Positions 16,061-24,905 of a DNA stretch of 64,000 bases are shown in pieces. The DNA is from Phycisphaerales bacterium (GTDB taxonomy: Bacteria > Planctomycetota > Phycisphaerae > Phycisphaerales > UBA1924). The stretch covers positions 271,634-335,633 of the forward strand of contig JBDIVY010000001.1 in the NCBI GenBank assembly GCA_039794165.1. The letters run 5' to 3'. Positions within the stretch are counted from its first letter, which is position 1; each line of letters opens with the position of its first letter. The translations under genes and the position numbers were made by a program. Below the pieces are notes generated by a model. That model saw only the letters and a list, made by a program, of their open reading frames with translations. It searched no databases and was not told where the DNA came from.

Positions 16061-17914
16061 ATGGGTCAGACACGCGATCAGCCGGGCAGCGAGTCACGCG
16101 GCACACGGTCTCTCGTGTCCCAGCGCTTCACAGGGGAGTCCGCGCCCGTCTGGGCCGCGCTCGCCATCACGCTGGTCGTCGTCGGGTCGGTCGGCGTAAC
16201 GGCGTGGTTGACCGTGCGAGGTCACGCGAAGGCCATGCGCGAAGCCCGCGCCGCCCAGGTGGAGAACGCCAGCCGGTTCATCGCCGAAGCCGCCTCGCCA
16301 CTGCTCGCCTCAGGCGACCTGACCGCCGTTCGGCGCATGGTCATCGACGCCGCCAGGGCAAACAATCTCGACGAGATGCGCATCGTTCTGGGCGATGGCG
16401 GCGTGCTCGCGGCCGCCGACCCGTCCAAGATCACAACCCACCAACTGCCCCCCCAACTCCCGGATGTTTCGCTCGTCACGCCCGCCGGCGCGGACTCGCG
16501 AACCGTCGCGATCGCCCAGCCCGTCGAGGTTCCCGGACGAGGGCGCGCACGCCTGGAAGCCGTGGGGCCGGCGACCATGCCCACCGGGGCGATGCGTGAC
16601 GCGCAGGCGGCAGCCGGCATCGTCGGCGCCGCCGGCCTGGTGGCCCTCCTCCTCGTCTCCCGCGTCCTCCAGCGCAGGCTCAGAGGCATGGCCGCCATCC
16701 GCGCCAGCCTCGTCGCCTTCGAGCGGGGAGAGCGATCGCCCGAAGCCCTGTCGGTCGATGACTCGCTCGGCGGGGAAGCCCGTGCCTGGAACACCCTGCT
16801 CGCCCGCCGCGACGCCGACCGCCGCAAGGAGCGCGCCGAGCACGCCGCCGAAGCGCTCAGCGCGCAGCGAGCGCCCCGCGGTGAACTCGACGACGCCTGC
16901 GACGCCCTCTGGCAGGGACTCATCCTCATCGACGAGAACCTCCGCACCAAGTACGCCAACGGCGCGGCCGCCGTCTTCCTCCGCGCCAAGCGAGACGAGA
17001 TCGTCGGCGTTGAGATCACCAGGTTCGTCACCGACGAGCGGATCGTCAACGTCATCCGCGGCGTCGCCTCCGGCGCCATCCGCAACCGCCTTGCCGTCGA
17101 GGTCGAACGCACCGGCGACAACGGATCCGGCGTGCTCCGCTTCAGCGTCCGACCCGTCCGACGCGAGGACTCCGCCGCCGCCATGATCGTGATCGAGGAT
17201 GTCACCCAGCAACGCGTCGCCGATGCCGCACGAAACACCTTCGTCGCGCAGGCCTCGCACGAACTGCGGACACCGCTCACCAACATCCGGCTCTACGTCG
17301 AGCAGCTCCTCGACGGCGAGCCTACCCCGGCCGACCGCGCCCAGGCGATCAACGTGATCAACCAGGAGAGCCGTCGCCTCGAACGCATCGTCTCCGACAT
17401 GCTCTCCGTCGCCGAGATCGAGGCCGGCCAGCTCCGACTCGTCGAGGACGACGTCCGCCTGGACGCGGTCTTCGCCGAACTCGAGGCCGACTACCGCGCA
17501 CAGGCCGAAGAGAAGTCCCTCGACCTCCGATTCGACCTGCCCCCGAAACTGCCGGTCATCCACGGCGACCGCGACAAGATCGCTCTCGCCCTCCACAACC
17601 TCATCGGCAACGCCCTGAAGTACACGCCCTCCGGCGGTACCGTCCGCGTCATCGTCGCCGAGGACGAGGAGAACTTCACCGTGGACGTTGTCGACACAGG
17701 CATCGGCATCTCGCCCGAGGACGCCGAGCTCGTCTTCGACAAGTTCTACCGCGCCAAGGACCGCCGCGTCGCCGAACTCACGGGCACTGGACTCGGCCTG
17801 GCGCTCGCACGCGAGGTCATCCGCCTCCACGGCGGCGACGTCACCGTCCAGTCCGAACTCGACAAGGGAAGCACCTTCACCCTCTCGATCCCCGTGCACG
17901 CGCGGGTCGCGTAG
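16061..17914 (+). CDS. Membrane sensor histidine kinase (two transmembrane segments, PAS-like, HisKA, HATPase_c)
   Basis: TM segments VWAALAITLVVVGSVGVTAWL and IVGAAGLVALLLVSRVL. H-box FVAQASHELRTPLTNI. N-box LHNLIGNALKY. G-boxes VDTGIGI and GTGLGLAL. ATG 16061 was chosen within track ORF 15722..17914. Confidence 0.85.
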   Translation: MGQTRDQPGSESRGTRSLVSQRFTGESAPVWAALAITLVVVGSVGVTAWLTVRGHAKAMREARAAQVENASRFIAEAASPLLASGDLTAVRRMVIDAARANNLDEMRIVLGDGGVLAAADPSKITTHQLPPQLPDVSLVTPAGADSRTVAIAQPVEVPGRGRARLEAVGPATMPTGAMRDAQAAAGIVGAAGLVALLLVSRVLQRRLRGMAAIRASLVAFERGERSPEALSVDDSLGGEARAWNTLLARRDADRRKERAEHAAEALSAQRAPRGELDDACDALWQGLILIDENLRTKYANGAAAVFLRAKRDEIVGVEITRFVTDERIVNVIRGVASGAIRNRLAVEVERTGDNGSGVLRFSVRPVRREDSAAAMIVIEDVTQQRVADAARNTFVAQASHELRTPLTNIRLYVEQLLDGEPTPADRAQAINVINQESRRLERIVSDMLSVAEIEAGQLRLVEDDVRLDAVFAELEADYRAQAEEKSLDLRFDLPPKLPVIHGDRDKIALALHNLIGNALKYTPSGGTVRVIVAEDEENFTVDVVDTGIGISPEDAELVFDKFYRAKDRRVAELTGTGLGLALAREVIRLHGGDVTVQSELDKGSTFTLSIPVHARVA

Positions 17915-17937
17915 CAGTTCCGCCCGGGGAGGGCGAC

Positions 17938-18273
17938 ATGCAGATCATCGAGCAGCGACAGGGTGCGGTCACGGTCCTCAAGCCCGTCGGGCCGCTCGTC
18001 CAGAAGGACGCCGACCAACTCAAGGCCCGCGCCGCCGATGTCCTGCGCAGGAGTCTCGGGCGGTTCGTCATCGACGCCTCCGCCATCGCCTACGCCGACA
18101 GCCGAGGCCTGGAAGTCCTCGTCGAACTCACCGAGGAACTCGGCGCCGGCGGGCAGTCCCTCAAGATCAGCGCGGCCAACGAGACCCTCCGCGAAGTCCT
18201 CGAACTCACCGAGCTCTCGCCGCTCTTCGAGCACCACGAGGACGTCAACGCCGCCGTCAGGAGCTTCCTGTGA
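17938..18273 (+). CDS. STAS-domain protein (anti-sigma-factor antagonist family)
   Basis: A 111-aa product. GAVTVLKPVGPL...FVIDASAIAYADSRGLEVLVEL...LKISAANETLREVLELTELSPLF has the conserved DS-x-GL serine. GGGGAGGG Shine-Dalgarno. The stop overlaps the ATPase start (GTGA). Confidence 0.85.
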   Translation: MQIIEQRQGAVTVLKPVGPLVQKDADQLKARAADVLRRSLGRFVIDASAIAYADSRGLEVLVELTEELGAGGQSLKISAANETLREVLELTELSPLFEHHEDVNAAVRSFL

Positions 18274-20036
18274 GCGCAACGCCCTACAAGAAGATCCGCG
18301 TGGGCGAGGTGCTGCTCCAGGCGGGCCTCATCGACGAGCAGCAGCTGCAGCGCGCCCTCAACGACCAGAAGGCCACCGGACAGATGCTCGGCGAGATGCT
18401 CGTCGAGCAGGGCGTCATCACCAGCGCGACCCTCGTTCGCGCCATCGCCAACTGCCTCGGTGTCAGGGGCTGCCACCTCCGCCACGGCCTCATCGACCCC
18501 ACGCTCCTCCAGCTCATCGGCGAGGAGGAGGCCGAACGCCTCAAGGTCATCCCCCTCTTCCGCGTCCGCGACGTCTTCACCGTCGCCATGGCTGAGCCGC
18601 AGTCCCTCCCCGCCGTCGACCGCCTTCGTGCGCTCACGGGCTGCCGCATCCGACCCGTCTTCGCGCTCGAGGGCAACATCCTCGAGTTCATCCGCAAATA
18701 CGCGGGCGGCAACGTTGACGTTGACGAGTTCCTCACCTCGCTCGCACAGACGGACGTCGAGGTCGTCGAACGCGAGACGGTGGACGAAGGCCCGGCCACC
18801 GACCTCGACAAGATGATCGCCGGAAGCCCCATCGTCAACCTCGTCAACGTTGCCCTGCTCACCGCCGTCAAGGACCGTGCCAGCGACATCCACATCGAAC
18901 CTGACAAGCGCGGCACGCGAATCCGCTACCGCATCGACGGCGTGCTGCGCGACCTGATGAAGCCCCCCCCCGGTATGCACGCCGCCATCGTCTCGCGCGT
19001 CAAGGTCATCGGCAAGATGGACATCGCCGAGAAGCGGCTCCCGCAGGAGGGCCGCGTCCGCATCGTCGCCGAGGGACGCGAGATCGACCTCCGCGTCAGC
19101 AGCCTACCCACGCTCCTCGGCGAAAAGCTCGTCGTCCGCATCCTCGACAAGCAGAACCTCCGCGTTCGCCTCGAAGACCTCGGCTTCCGCAGTGAGGCCA
19201 TGGTGACCTTCAAGCGCATCCTCTGCCAGTCCCACGGCCTCGTCCTCGTCACCGGCCCCACAGGCTCCGGCAAGACAACCACCCTCTACTCCGCCCTCGA
19301 CCTCCTCCGCAGCCCGGAACGCAACATCATCACCGTCGAAGACCCCGTCGAGTACCAGCTCGACCTCGTCAACCAGACCGGCGTCAACGAGTCGATCGGC
19401 CTCACGTTCGCGCGATGCCTCCGCAGCATCCTCCGCCAGGATCCCGACATCATCATGGTCGGCGAAATCCGCGACGAGGAGACCGCCCGCGTCGCCGTGC
19501 AGGCCGCCCTCACAGGGCACGGCGTTCTCGCAACCCTCCACACAAACGACGCCCCGGGCGCAATCGCGCGACTCCTCGACATGAACGTCGAGTCCTACCT
19601 GCTCTCCAGCGCGCTCAACGGGGCCGTCGCCCAGCGCCTCGCCCGCACCCTCTGCTCATCCTGCGAGACCAAGTACTACCCCGCCGAGCACGTCCTCCGC
19701 GACGCCGGGCTTGAAGGCCTGAACGGACGCGCCTTCAAGAAGGGCGCGGGCTGCCAGGCCTGCCACAACAGCGGCTACCACGGCCGCCTCGGCATCTACG
19801 AGGTCATGGAGGTCACCTCCGACATCCGACAGTTGATCTATCGCGCGGCCTCGTCGCACGATCTCCGCAGAGCCTTGAAGCTCCACGGCTTCAAGTCGCT
19901 CCGCGACGAGGGTGTCCTCCTCGCGCTCGACGGAAAGACCAGCCTCGAAGAAGTCCTCCGCGTCACCAAGACCGACGAGAGCGACGGCCAGGCCGACGAG
20001 GCGCCGCCCACCGTCGAAATCCGGAGGGCCGCATGA
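18270..20036 (+). CDS. Type II secretion / type IV pilus assembly ATPase (GspE/PilB/MshE family)
   Basis: Walker A GPTGSGKTT. Asp box and Walker B DPDIIMVGEIRD. His box TGHGVLATLHTN. Tetracysteine CSSC...CQAC. The N-terminus carries two MshEN-like 24-residue motifs. Confidence 0.92.
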   Translation: MSATPYKKIRVGEVLLQAGLIDEQQLQRALNDQKATGQMLGEMLVEQGVITSATLVRAIANCLGVRGCHLRHGLIDPTLLQLIGEEEAERLKVIPLFRVRDVFTVAMAEPQSLPAVDRLRALTGCRIRPVFALEGNILEFIRKYAGGNVDVDEFLTSLAQTDVEVVERETVDEGPATDLDKMIAGSPIVNLVNVALLTAVKDRASDIHIEPDKRGTRIRYRIDGVLRDLMKPPPGMHAAIVSRVKVIGKMDIAEKRLPQEGRVRIVAEGREIDLRVSSLPTLLGEKLVVRILDKQNLRVRLEDLGFRSEAMVTFKRILCQSHGLVLVTGPTGSGKTTTLYSALDLLRSPERNIITVEDPVEYQLDLVNQTGVNESIGLTFARCLRSILRQDPDIIMVGEIRDEETARVAVQAALTGHGVLATLHTNDAPGAIARLLDMNVESYLLSSALNGAVAQRLARTLCSSCETKYYPAEHVLRDAGLEGLNGRAFKKGAGCQACHNSGYHGRLGIYEVMEVTSDIRQLIYRAASSHDLRRALKLHGFKSLRDEGVLLALDGKTSLEEVLRVTKTDESDGQADEAPPTVEIRRAA

Positions 20037-21262
20037 AGTTCGAGTGCGTCACCTTCGACCGCAACGGCCGGCGGCACACCGAGCACGTCGAGGCCGCATC
20101 GCGCGCGGAGGCCGCCGAACTCCTCGGACGCAAGGGGCTTTTCGTCCTTGAAGTCAACGAGGCGACACAGGCGACACTCAGGGCCGCGAACGCCAGACGC
20201 GGTGTCGCCCTCAAGCGCGGCTCGAAGACCAGGTGCCTCGCCGAGTTCACGCGCCAGCTCTCCATCCTGGTCGGCACCGGCACACCCGTCGTGCAGGCGA
20301 TCGCCGCCGTCGAACGCCAGACCAGGGACGAGGCCTTCCGCGCGGTCGTCGCCGACGTACGCAAGCGAGTCGAGGAAGGATCCACCTTCGCCGACGCCAT
20401 GGAGAAGCACCCGCGGGTCTTCGACGCCGTCGCGCGCAGCCTCGTCGCGGCCGGCGAGTCCGGCGGCCACCTCGACGAGATGCTCGCACGCCTCGCCGCC
20501 CTCATGCGCCAGCAGGAAGTCATGCGCGGATCCATCATCGGCGCGATGATATACCCCGCCCTCCTCATCGTTGTCGCGTTCTCCGTCCTCATTCTCATGA
20601 TCGCGTTCGTCATCCCACGCTTCAGCGGACTCTTCGAAACACTCGACGCCCCGCTCCCCCCGACCACGGCCCTCCTCATGTCCGCCAGCGAACTCCTGCG
20701 GGCCTACTGGTGGGGAGTCGTGATCGCGCTCGGAGGCATCGCCGCGGGCGCGGTCTACTGGCTCGCGACACCGAGCGGGCGAGAACTGATCGACACCGCA
20801 GCAGTCCGAGCGCCCAAAATCGGCAAGCTCATCCGCAGCCTCGCCACCGCGCGCATCGCCCGCCTGCTCGGCGTGCTGCTCGACAGCCGAGTCCCGCTCC
20901 TCGACGCGCTGGTTCTCACCCGTCAGGCCATGACCAACTCGCACTACCGCGCGCTCCTCGTGAAGATCGAGGAAGCCGTCACCCGCGGCGAAGCCATGAG
21001 CGATGCGCTCGCGTCCTCCGACCTCGTCAACGCCTCCTTCGCCGAGGCCATCCGCAACGGCGAGCAGGGAGGCCGGGTCAGTTCCGTCCTCCTCAATCTC
21101 GCCAACTGCATGGACGAGGACAACGCGATGGTCGTCAAGTCCGTCACCAGCATCATCGAGCCCCTGATCCTCATCGGCCTCGGCCTCGTCGTCGGCTTCG
21201 TCGCCGTCAGCATGTTCCTGCCCCTCTTCGACGTCACCACGGTCGTCCAGGGAGGCCCCTGA
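20033..21262 (+). CDS. Type IV filament platform protein (PilC/GspF family)
   Basis: A 409-aa product with duplicated T2SSF-type halves (FTRQLSILVGTGTPVVQAI... and IARLLGVLLDSRVPLLDAL...) and three hydrophobic segments. ATGA overlap with the ATPase gene. Confidence 0.9.
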   Translation: MKFECVTFDRNGRRHTEHVEAASRAEAAELLGRKGLFVLEVNEATQATLRAANARRGVALKRGSKTRCLAEFTRQLSILVGTGTPVVQAIAAVERQTRDEAFRAVVADVRKRVEEGSTFADAMEKHPRVFDAVARSLVAAGESGGHLDEMLARLAALMRQQEVMRGSIIGAMIYPALLIVVAFSVLILMIAFVIPRFSGLFETLDAPLPPTTALLMSASELLRAYWWGVVIALGGIAAGAVYWLATPSGRELIDTAAVRAPKIGKLIRSLATARIARLLGVLLDSRVPLLDALVLTRQAMTNSHYRALLVKIEEAVTRGEAMSDALASSDLVNASFAEAIRNGEQGGRVSSVLLNLANCMDEDNAMVVKSVTSIIEPLILIGLGLVVGFVAVSMFLPLFDVTTVVQGGP

Positions 21263-21263
21263 A

Positions 21264-22325
21264 ATGTCCCTCGGACTCGCCACGGCCCGACTGCGATCCC
21301 CGATCGGCATCGACGCCGGATCGCACACCATCAAGGCCGCGCAGGTCTCGCTCGCGCCGGGACGCAGACTGCACGCCTGCACGACTCTCCGCCGCACCGG
21401 CGACGGTCCCATCACGCACGACGAGGCCGTGTCCCTGTCGCAGCTCCTTGCCCGCCAGGGCTTCGCCGGACGGGAGGTCGTCCTCGCGGTCCCCTGGACG
21501 ACCCTCATCACGAGCATCCTCGACCTCCCGCCGCGTTCCTCAGGCGCGCCCGTCGAGCAACTCGCCCGCATGGAGCTCGCACGCATGCACAAGTGCGACC
21601 CCGGCGGCTTCGAGATGGCCTGCTGGGAACTCCCCCCGTCCTCACGCCGCGGCGCGGGCACGCCCGTGATGGTCGCGGCCTGCCCGCACACCGACGCCGA
21701 CACGCTCATCGACACGTTCGAGGACGCGGGCCTGCGCGTCGCCGCGCTCGACGTCGGCACACTCGCCTCGGCCCGTGCCTGCATCGACAGGCCCGCTCTG
21801 TCCCAGGGATTGCACGCCCTGATGGACCTCGGCCACACCGCCGCCCGCCTCGCACTCGTCCACCAGGGCGCGTGCATCTACGCCCGCGCCGTCCCCGAGT
21901 CCGCCGTTGCCGCGCTCCACGCCCGACTCAACGCCTCGCTCGATGTTGATCCGTCGGTCACAGAATACCTCGTCGAGGACGTCGGGCTTGACGCGGACGG
22001 TCAGCAGGACCAACCGAACCAGCGGGCTTTGCACGAGGCACGCGCTGCCATCGCCGACTACGCCGCCGGCCTCGTCCGCGAACTCAACCTGTCGCTCGCA
22101 TACGCCTCGCACCGCTACCCCGACGTCCAGGCCGATGATCTCATCATTCACGGAGGCGGCGCCATGATCCCGGGCATCGCCGACCATCTCTCTCGCATCG
22201 CCGGCCTGAACGTTCACGTCGCTGAGGTCTCCCGCGCGGTCGATGTTCCCGATCGGCTGGCCTCGCGGGCGGCGAAGGCCTCGCTCATGGTCGCACTCGG
22301 ACTCGCCGACCGGCCCAACGGATAA
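21264..22325 (+). CDS. pilM: PilM-like actin-fold assembly protein
   Basis: IGIDAGSHTIKAAQV, LMDLGHTAARLALV, IIHGGGAMIPGIADHL. Position is directly before PilN/PilO-like genes. Confidence 0.8.
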   Translation: MSLGLATARLRSPIGIDAGSHTIKAAQVSLAPGRRLHACTTLRRTGDGPITHDEAVSLSQLLARQGFAGREVVLAVPWTTLITSILDLPPRSSGAPVEQLARMELARMHKCDPGGFEMACWELPPSSRRGAGTPVMVAACPHTDADTLIDTFEDAGLRVAALDVGTLASARACIDRPALSQGLHALMDLGHTAARLALVHQGACIYARAVPESAVAALHARLNASLDVDPSVTEYLVEDVGLDADGQQDQPNQRALHEARAAIADYAAGLVRELNLSLAYASHRYPDVQADDLIIHGGGAMIPGIADHLSRIAGLNVHVAEVSRAVDVPDRLASRAAKASLMVALGLADRPNG

Positions 22326-22328
22326 CCC

Positions 22329-22892
22329 ATGCTCACCGCGAACCTCATCCCCGCTTCTCGTCTGCTCGCCCGCCGCAAGGCGTGCCGCATTCGGGCGTGG
22401 ATCGCCGTCTGCACCGTCTACACGCTCGCCGTCGTCGCCGGCTGCCTGGGCGTGCGCATCGCCCTCCAGGAGGACGACACGCAGGCGCACACCGTCATCG
22501 TTTCCGCCTCCCAGCAGATGGAGGCGAGCCAGGCCTCGATCACGCGCCTGAAGGCCGAACTCGCCGATGTCCGTCGGCGCGCCGAGGCCGCCCGTCAGAT
22601 CACCAACCGCCCCGACTGGAGCATCCTCCTGGCCCTGCTCTCTCGCGATCGCGGCGACGAACTCGCCCTCACGAACTGCCACCTCGAAGCGCTCGAAGAG
22701 GGCGGCTACAGGCTCGCACTCGGTGGCCTCAGCCGCTCGCCCGAGCACATCACCGACTTCACGCTCGCCCTCGAGCGGTCTCGCGTCTTCGATCGCGTCC
22801 GCCTCGTCGAGACCATCCGCCGGGCCACACCGCGCGGCGAAGCGGTCGCCTTCACCCTCGACTGCCAACTCGGCTCGCCCGCGGGGAAGTGA
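22329..22892 (+). CDS. pilN: PilN-like bitopic membrane protein
   Basis: N-terminal ANLIP motif, a single transmembrane segment (WIAVCTVYTLAVVAGCL) and a coiled-coil segment. Size 187 aa. Confidence 0.7.
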   Translation: MLTANLIPASRLLARRKACRIRAWIAVCTVYTLAVVAGCLGVRIALQEDDTQAHTVIVSASQQMEASQASITRLKAELADVRRRAEAARQITNRPDWSILLALLSRDRGDELALTNCHLEALEEGGYRLALGGLSRSPEHITDFTLALERSRVFDRVRLVETIRRATPRGEAVAFTLDCQLGSPAGK

Positions 22893-22893
22893 C

Positions 22894-23454
22894 ATGACCG
22901 ACTCCCGAACCAGCCTGCTCCCCATCAATGCCGCCGCTCTCGGGATCCTCGCGGCCGTGACCGCGGCCGGGTGGTTCATCGGCGTGCAGCCGGTCCTCAG
23001 GGCACGCGCCGCTCAGGAGGCCCTCAACGCCCAGGCCGACACGCGCCTCGCCGAACTCACCCTCGCGCAGCACGAGCAGAGGCTGCTCGCCGAATCACTC
23101 GAAGAAGCACACCGCGTCCTCGATAACGTCACCGTCCAACTCGTCTCCAGCCGACGCCTCAACGAGCGCGTCGCCGCCCTCACAAGCCTCGCCCGCGAGC
23201 ACGGCCTGCAACTCGACGAGATCAAACCGGGCGCCACAACCCGCGAGGAACTCTTCGACCTCGTCGAAATCCGCCTCTCCGGACAGGCGTCATATCCCGC
23301 ATCGGCCGCATTCTTCGGCGCGCTTCACACCGCCTATCCGGACACCGAGGTCTCGTCCTTCCGCCTCGCTGCCAGGGGCGCGGGCGAGCTGCCCGCAGAT
23401 TCGTTCCAGTTCACCCTGCTGTGGTATGCCGCGCCAGCGGAGTCCGCCGACTAG
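22894..23454 (+). CDS. pilO: PilO/GspM-like bitopic membrane protein
   Basis: Single transmembrane segment (ALGILAAVTAAGWFIGV), coiled coil, and a ferredoxin-like C-terminal pattern (VEIRLSGQASYPASAAFFGAL). The call rests mainly on context. Confidence 0.6.
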   Translation: MTDSRTSLLPINAAALGILAAVTAAGWFIGVQPVLRARAAQEALNAQADTRLAELTLAQHEQRLLAESLEEAHRVLDNVTVQLVSSRRLNERVAALTSLAREHGLQLDEIKPGATTREELFDLVEIRLSGQASYPASAAFFGALHTAYPDTEVSSFRLAARGAGELPADSFQFTLLWYAAPAESAD

Positions 23455-23506
23455 TCTCTCCCCAGAATGCATGGCCGGACGCCCCGGCGTATTGGCTCTT
23501 GTGGGC

Positions 23507-24085
23507 ATGAGGCTCAACAAGCAGCGCAAGGTCTATCTCGGTCTGCTCGCCGTCGCGGGGCTTGCACTCGCCGCCGATCAGATGTTCTTCGGCGTCTCCG
23601 GGCCGCAGGGGGCCTCCGCCGCCGTCCAGACGCCCGGAGCCGCGGTCCCCGCCGCACCAACCGCAACAGGGCAGCCCGCACCGGCGAAGTCCGCAGCCAA
23701 CGCTCACATGGCGGGCGCGGCCAGGCTCGCCCAGTTGCTCGACTCCCTCTCGCGGCAGGAGAACCTGACCGCCGCTACCACCTCCGACGCCTTCGCCATC
23801 CCGCCCGAATGGCTCCCCGCCGCGAGCAAGTCCGAGACCGACGACAGTCAGCCCGACTCCGCCGACGGGGCCGGCAGAACGACCGCACAGGTCCCGGTGG
23901 TGACCGCCATCATGGCCGGTGGCGCCCGTCCCGCGGCCATCGTCAACGGCCGCCTCATGACCGTCGGCGATGCCCACGCGGGCATCACCCTGGTCGCGGT
24001 CGAGCCGGGCATCGCGATCCTCAGGACCCCGGACGGCGTCGTGCACCCAATCCGCGTGGTCAGGCCCAACGACTCGGACAGGTAA
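23507..24085 (+). CDS. PilP/GspC-like membrane-anchored protein
   Basis: Transmembrane segment VYLGLLAVAGLALAA, an Ala/Pro-rich linker, and the C-terminal strand pattern AAIVNGRLMTVGDAHAGITLVAVEPGIAILRTPDG. The call is from position and pattern only. Confidence 0.45.
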   Translation: MRLNKQRKVYLGLLAVAGLALAADQMFFGVSGPQGASAAVQTPGAAVPAAPTATGQPAPAKSAANAHMAGAARLAQLLDSLSRQENLTAATTSDAFAIPPEWLPAASKSETDDSQPDSADGAGRTTAQVPVVTAIMAGGARPAAIVNGRLMTVGDAHAGITLVAVEPGIAILRTPDGVVHPIRVVRPNDSDR

Positions 24086-24205
24086 CCACCATCATCACGC
24101 TTCCGACTCGCTGTCAATCTGTGCGGGATGTGACGGATCGGCGCGGCCGCCGAAGTCCGGCGAACTCAAGGCACAAGCGAGGGGCGTCGATTCAATCTCT
24201 GTCGC

Positions 24206-24220
24206 CGGCTGCCGGGTTGC
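24206..24220 (+). promoter_or_regulatory. Candidate sigma-54 (-24/-12) promoter upstream of the major pilin gene
   Basis: cGGCtgccgggTTGC has GG-N10-GC spacing with a TTGC -12 element, about 40 nt upstream of ATG 24260. GG/GC matches are frequent by chance in GC-rich DNA. Confidence 0.25.
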
Positions 24221-24259
24221 CGCCGGTTCCAGGGTCGGACACCGGAAGGAACACACGAG

Positions 24260-24739
24260 ATGCACACTCACACGATCCATCGCAACAGGGCGTTCAGCCT
24301 CATCGAACTCGTCATCGTCGTCGTCATCCTCGGGATCATCGGCGCCATCGCCATCCCCCGGATGAGCCGCGGCGCGGCCGGCGCGGCGGACTCCGCCGTC
24401 GTCTCCGACCTCGCCGTCCTCCGCAGCGCGATCGATCTCTTCCACACCGAGCACGGGGGCGCCTACCCGACCCTCGCCGCATTCGAGGCTCAACTCACAC
24501 AGTACTCCGACATCAACGGCAACACCTCCGCCACCAAGGACACCACCCACATCTACGGGCCGTACCTGCGCAGCCTCCCCAAGCAGAAGGTCGGCCCCAA
24601 CAAGGGCTACGCAGGCGTCACCGATACCCAGGGCACCGCAAACTTCGGCTGGTGGTACACCGCCGCCACCGGGACCATCAAGGTCAACGCCGCAGACTCA
24701 GTCCTCGACGATCGCGGCGTCGCCTACACCTCGTACTGA
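24260..24739 (+). CDS. Major (pseudo)pilin with a prepilin-type N-terminal cleavage/methylation domain
   Basis: RNRAFSLIELVIVVVILGIIGAIAIP is a class III signal with Glu at +5. Size 159 aa. GGAAGGA Shine-Dalgarno. A strong hairpin follows the gene. Confidence 0.85.
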   Translation: MHTHTIHRNRAFSLIELVIVVVILGIIGAIAIPRMSRGAAGAADSAVVSDLAVLRSAIDLFHTEHGGAYPTLAAFEAQLTQYSDINGNTSATKDTTHIYGPYLRSLPKQKVGPNKGYAGVTDTQGTANFGWWYTAATGTIKVNAADSVLDDRGVAYTSY

Positions 24740-24825
24740 TCCCCGCGCGTGGTCGTCTGACACGTACTTCCGGAGGGTCGAACGCCTGAACGGCAACCCG
24801 ATCCAGCCCACGACGATACGACCCG

Positions 24826-24852
24826 GGACGCCCGCGACCCTCGCGGGCGTCC
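24826..24852 (+). terminator. GC-rich hairpin after the major pilin gene (possible attenuating terminator)
   Basis: Perfect 12-bp stem ggacgcccgcga / tcgcgggcgtcc with a 3-nt loop (ccc). No clear U-tract follows. Confidence 0.5.
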
Positions 24853-24905
24853 TGTCCAGAGGGAAGGCAAAATCGCCCAGACCGCCCCATCCGGACGAAC
24901 CGACC

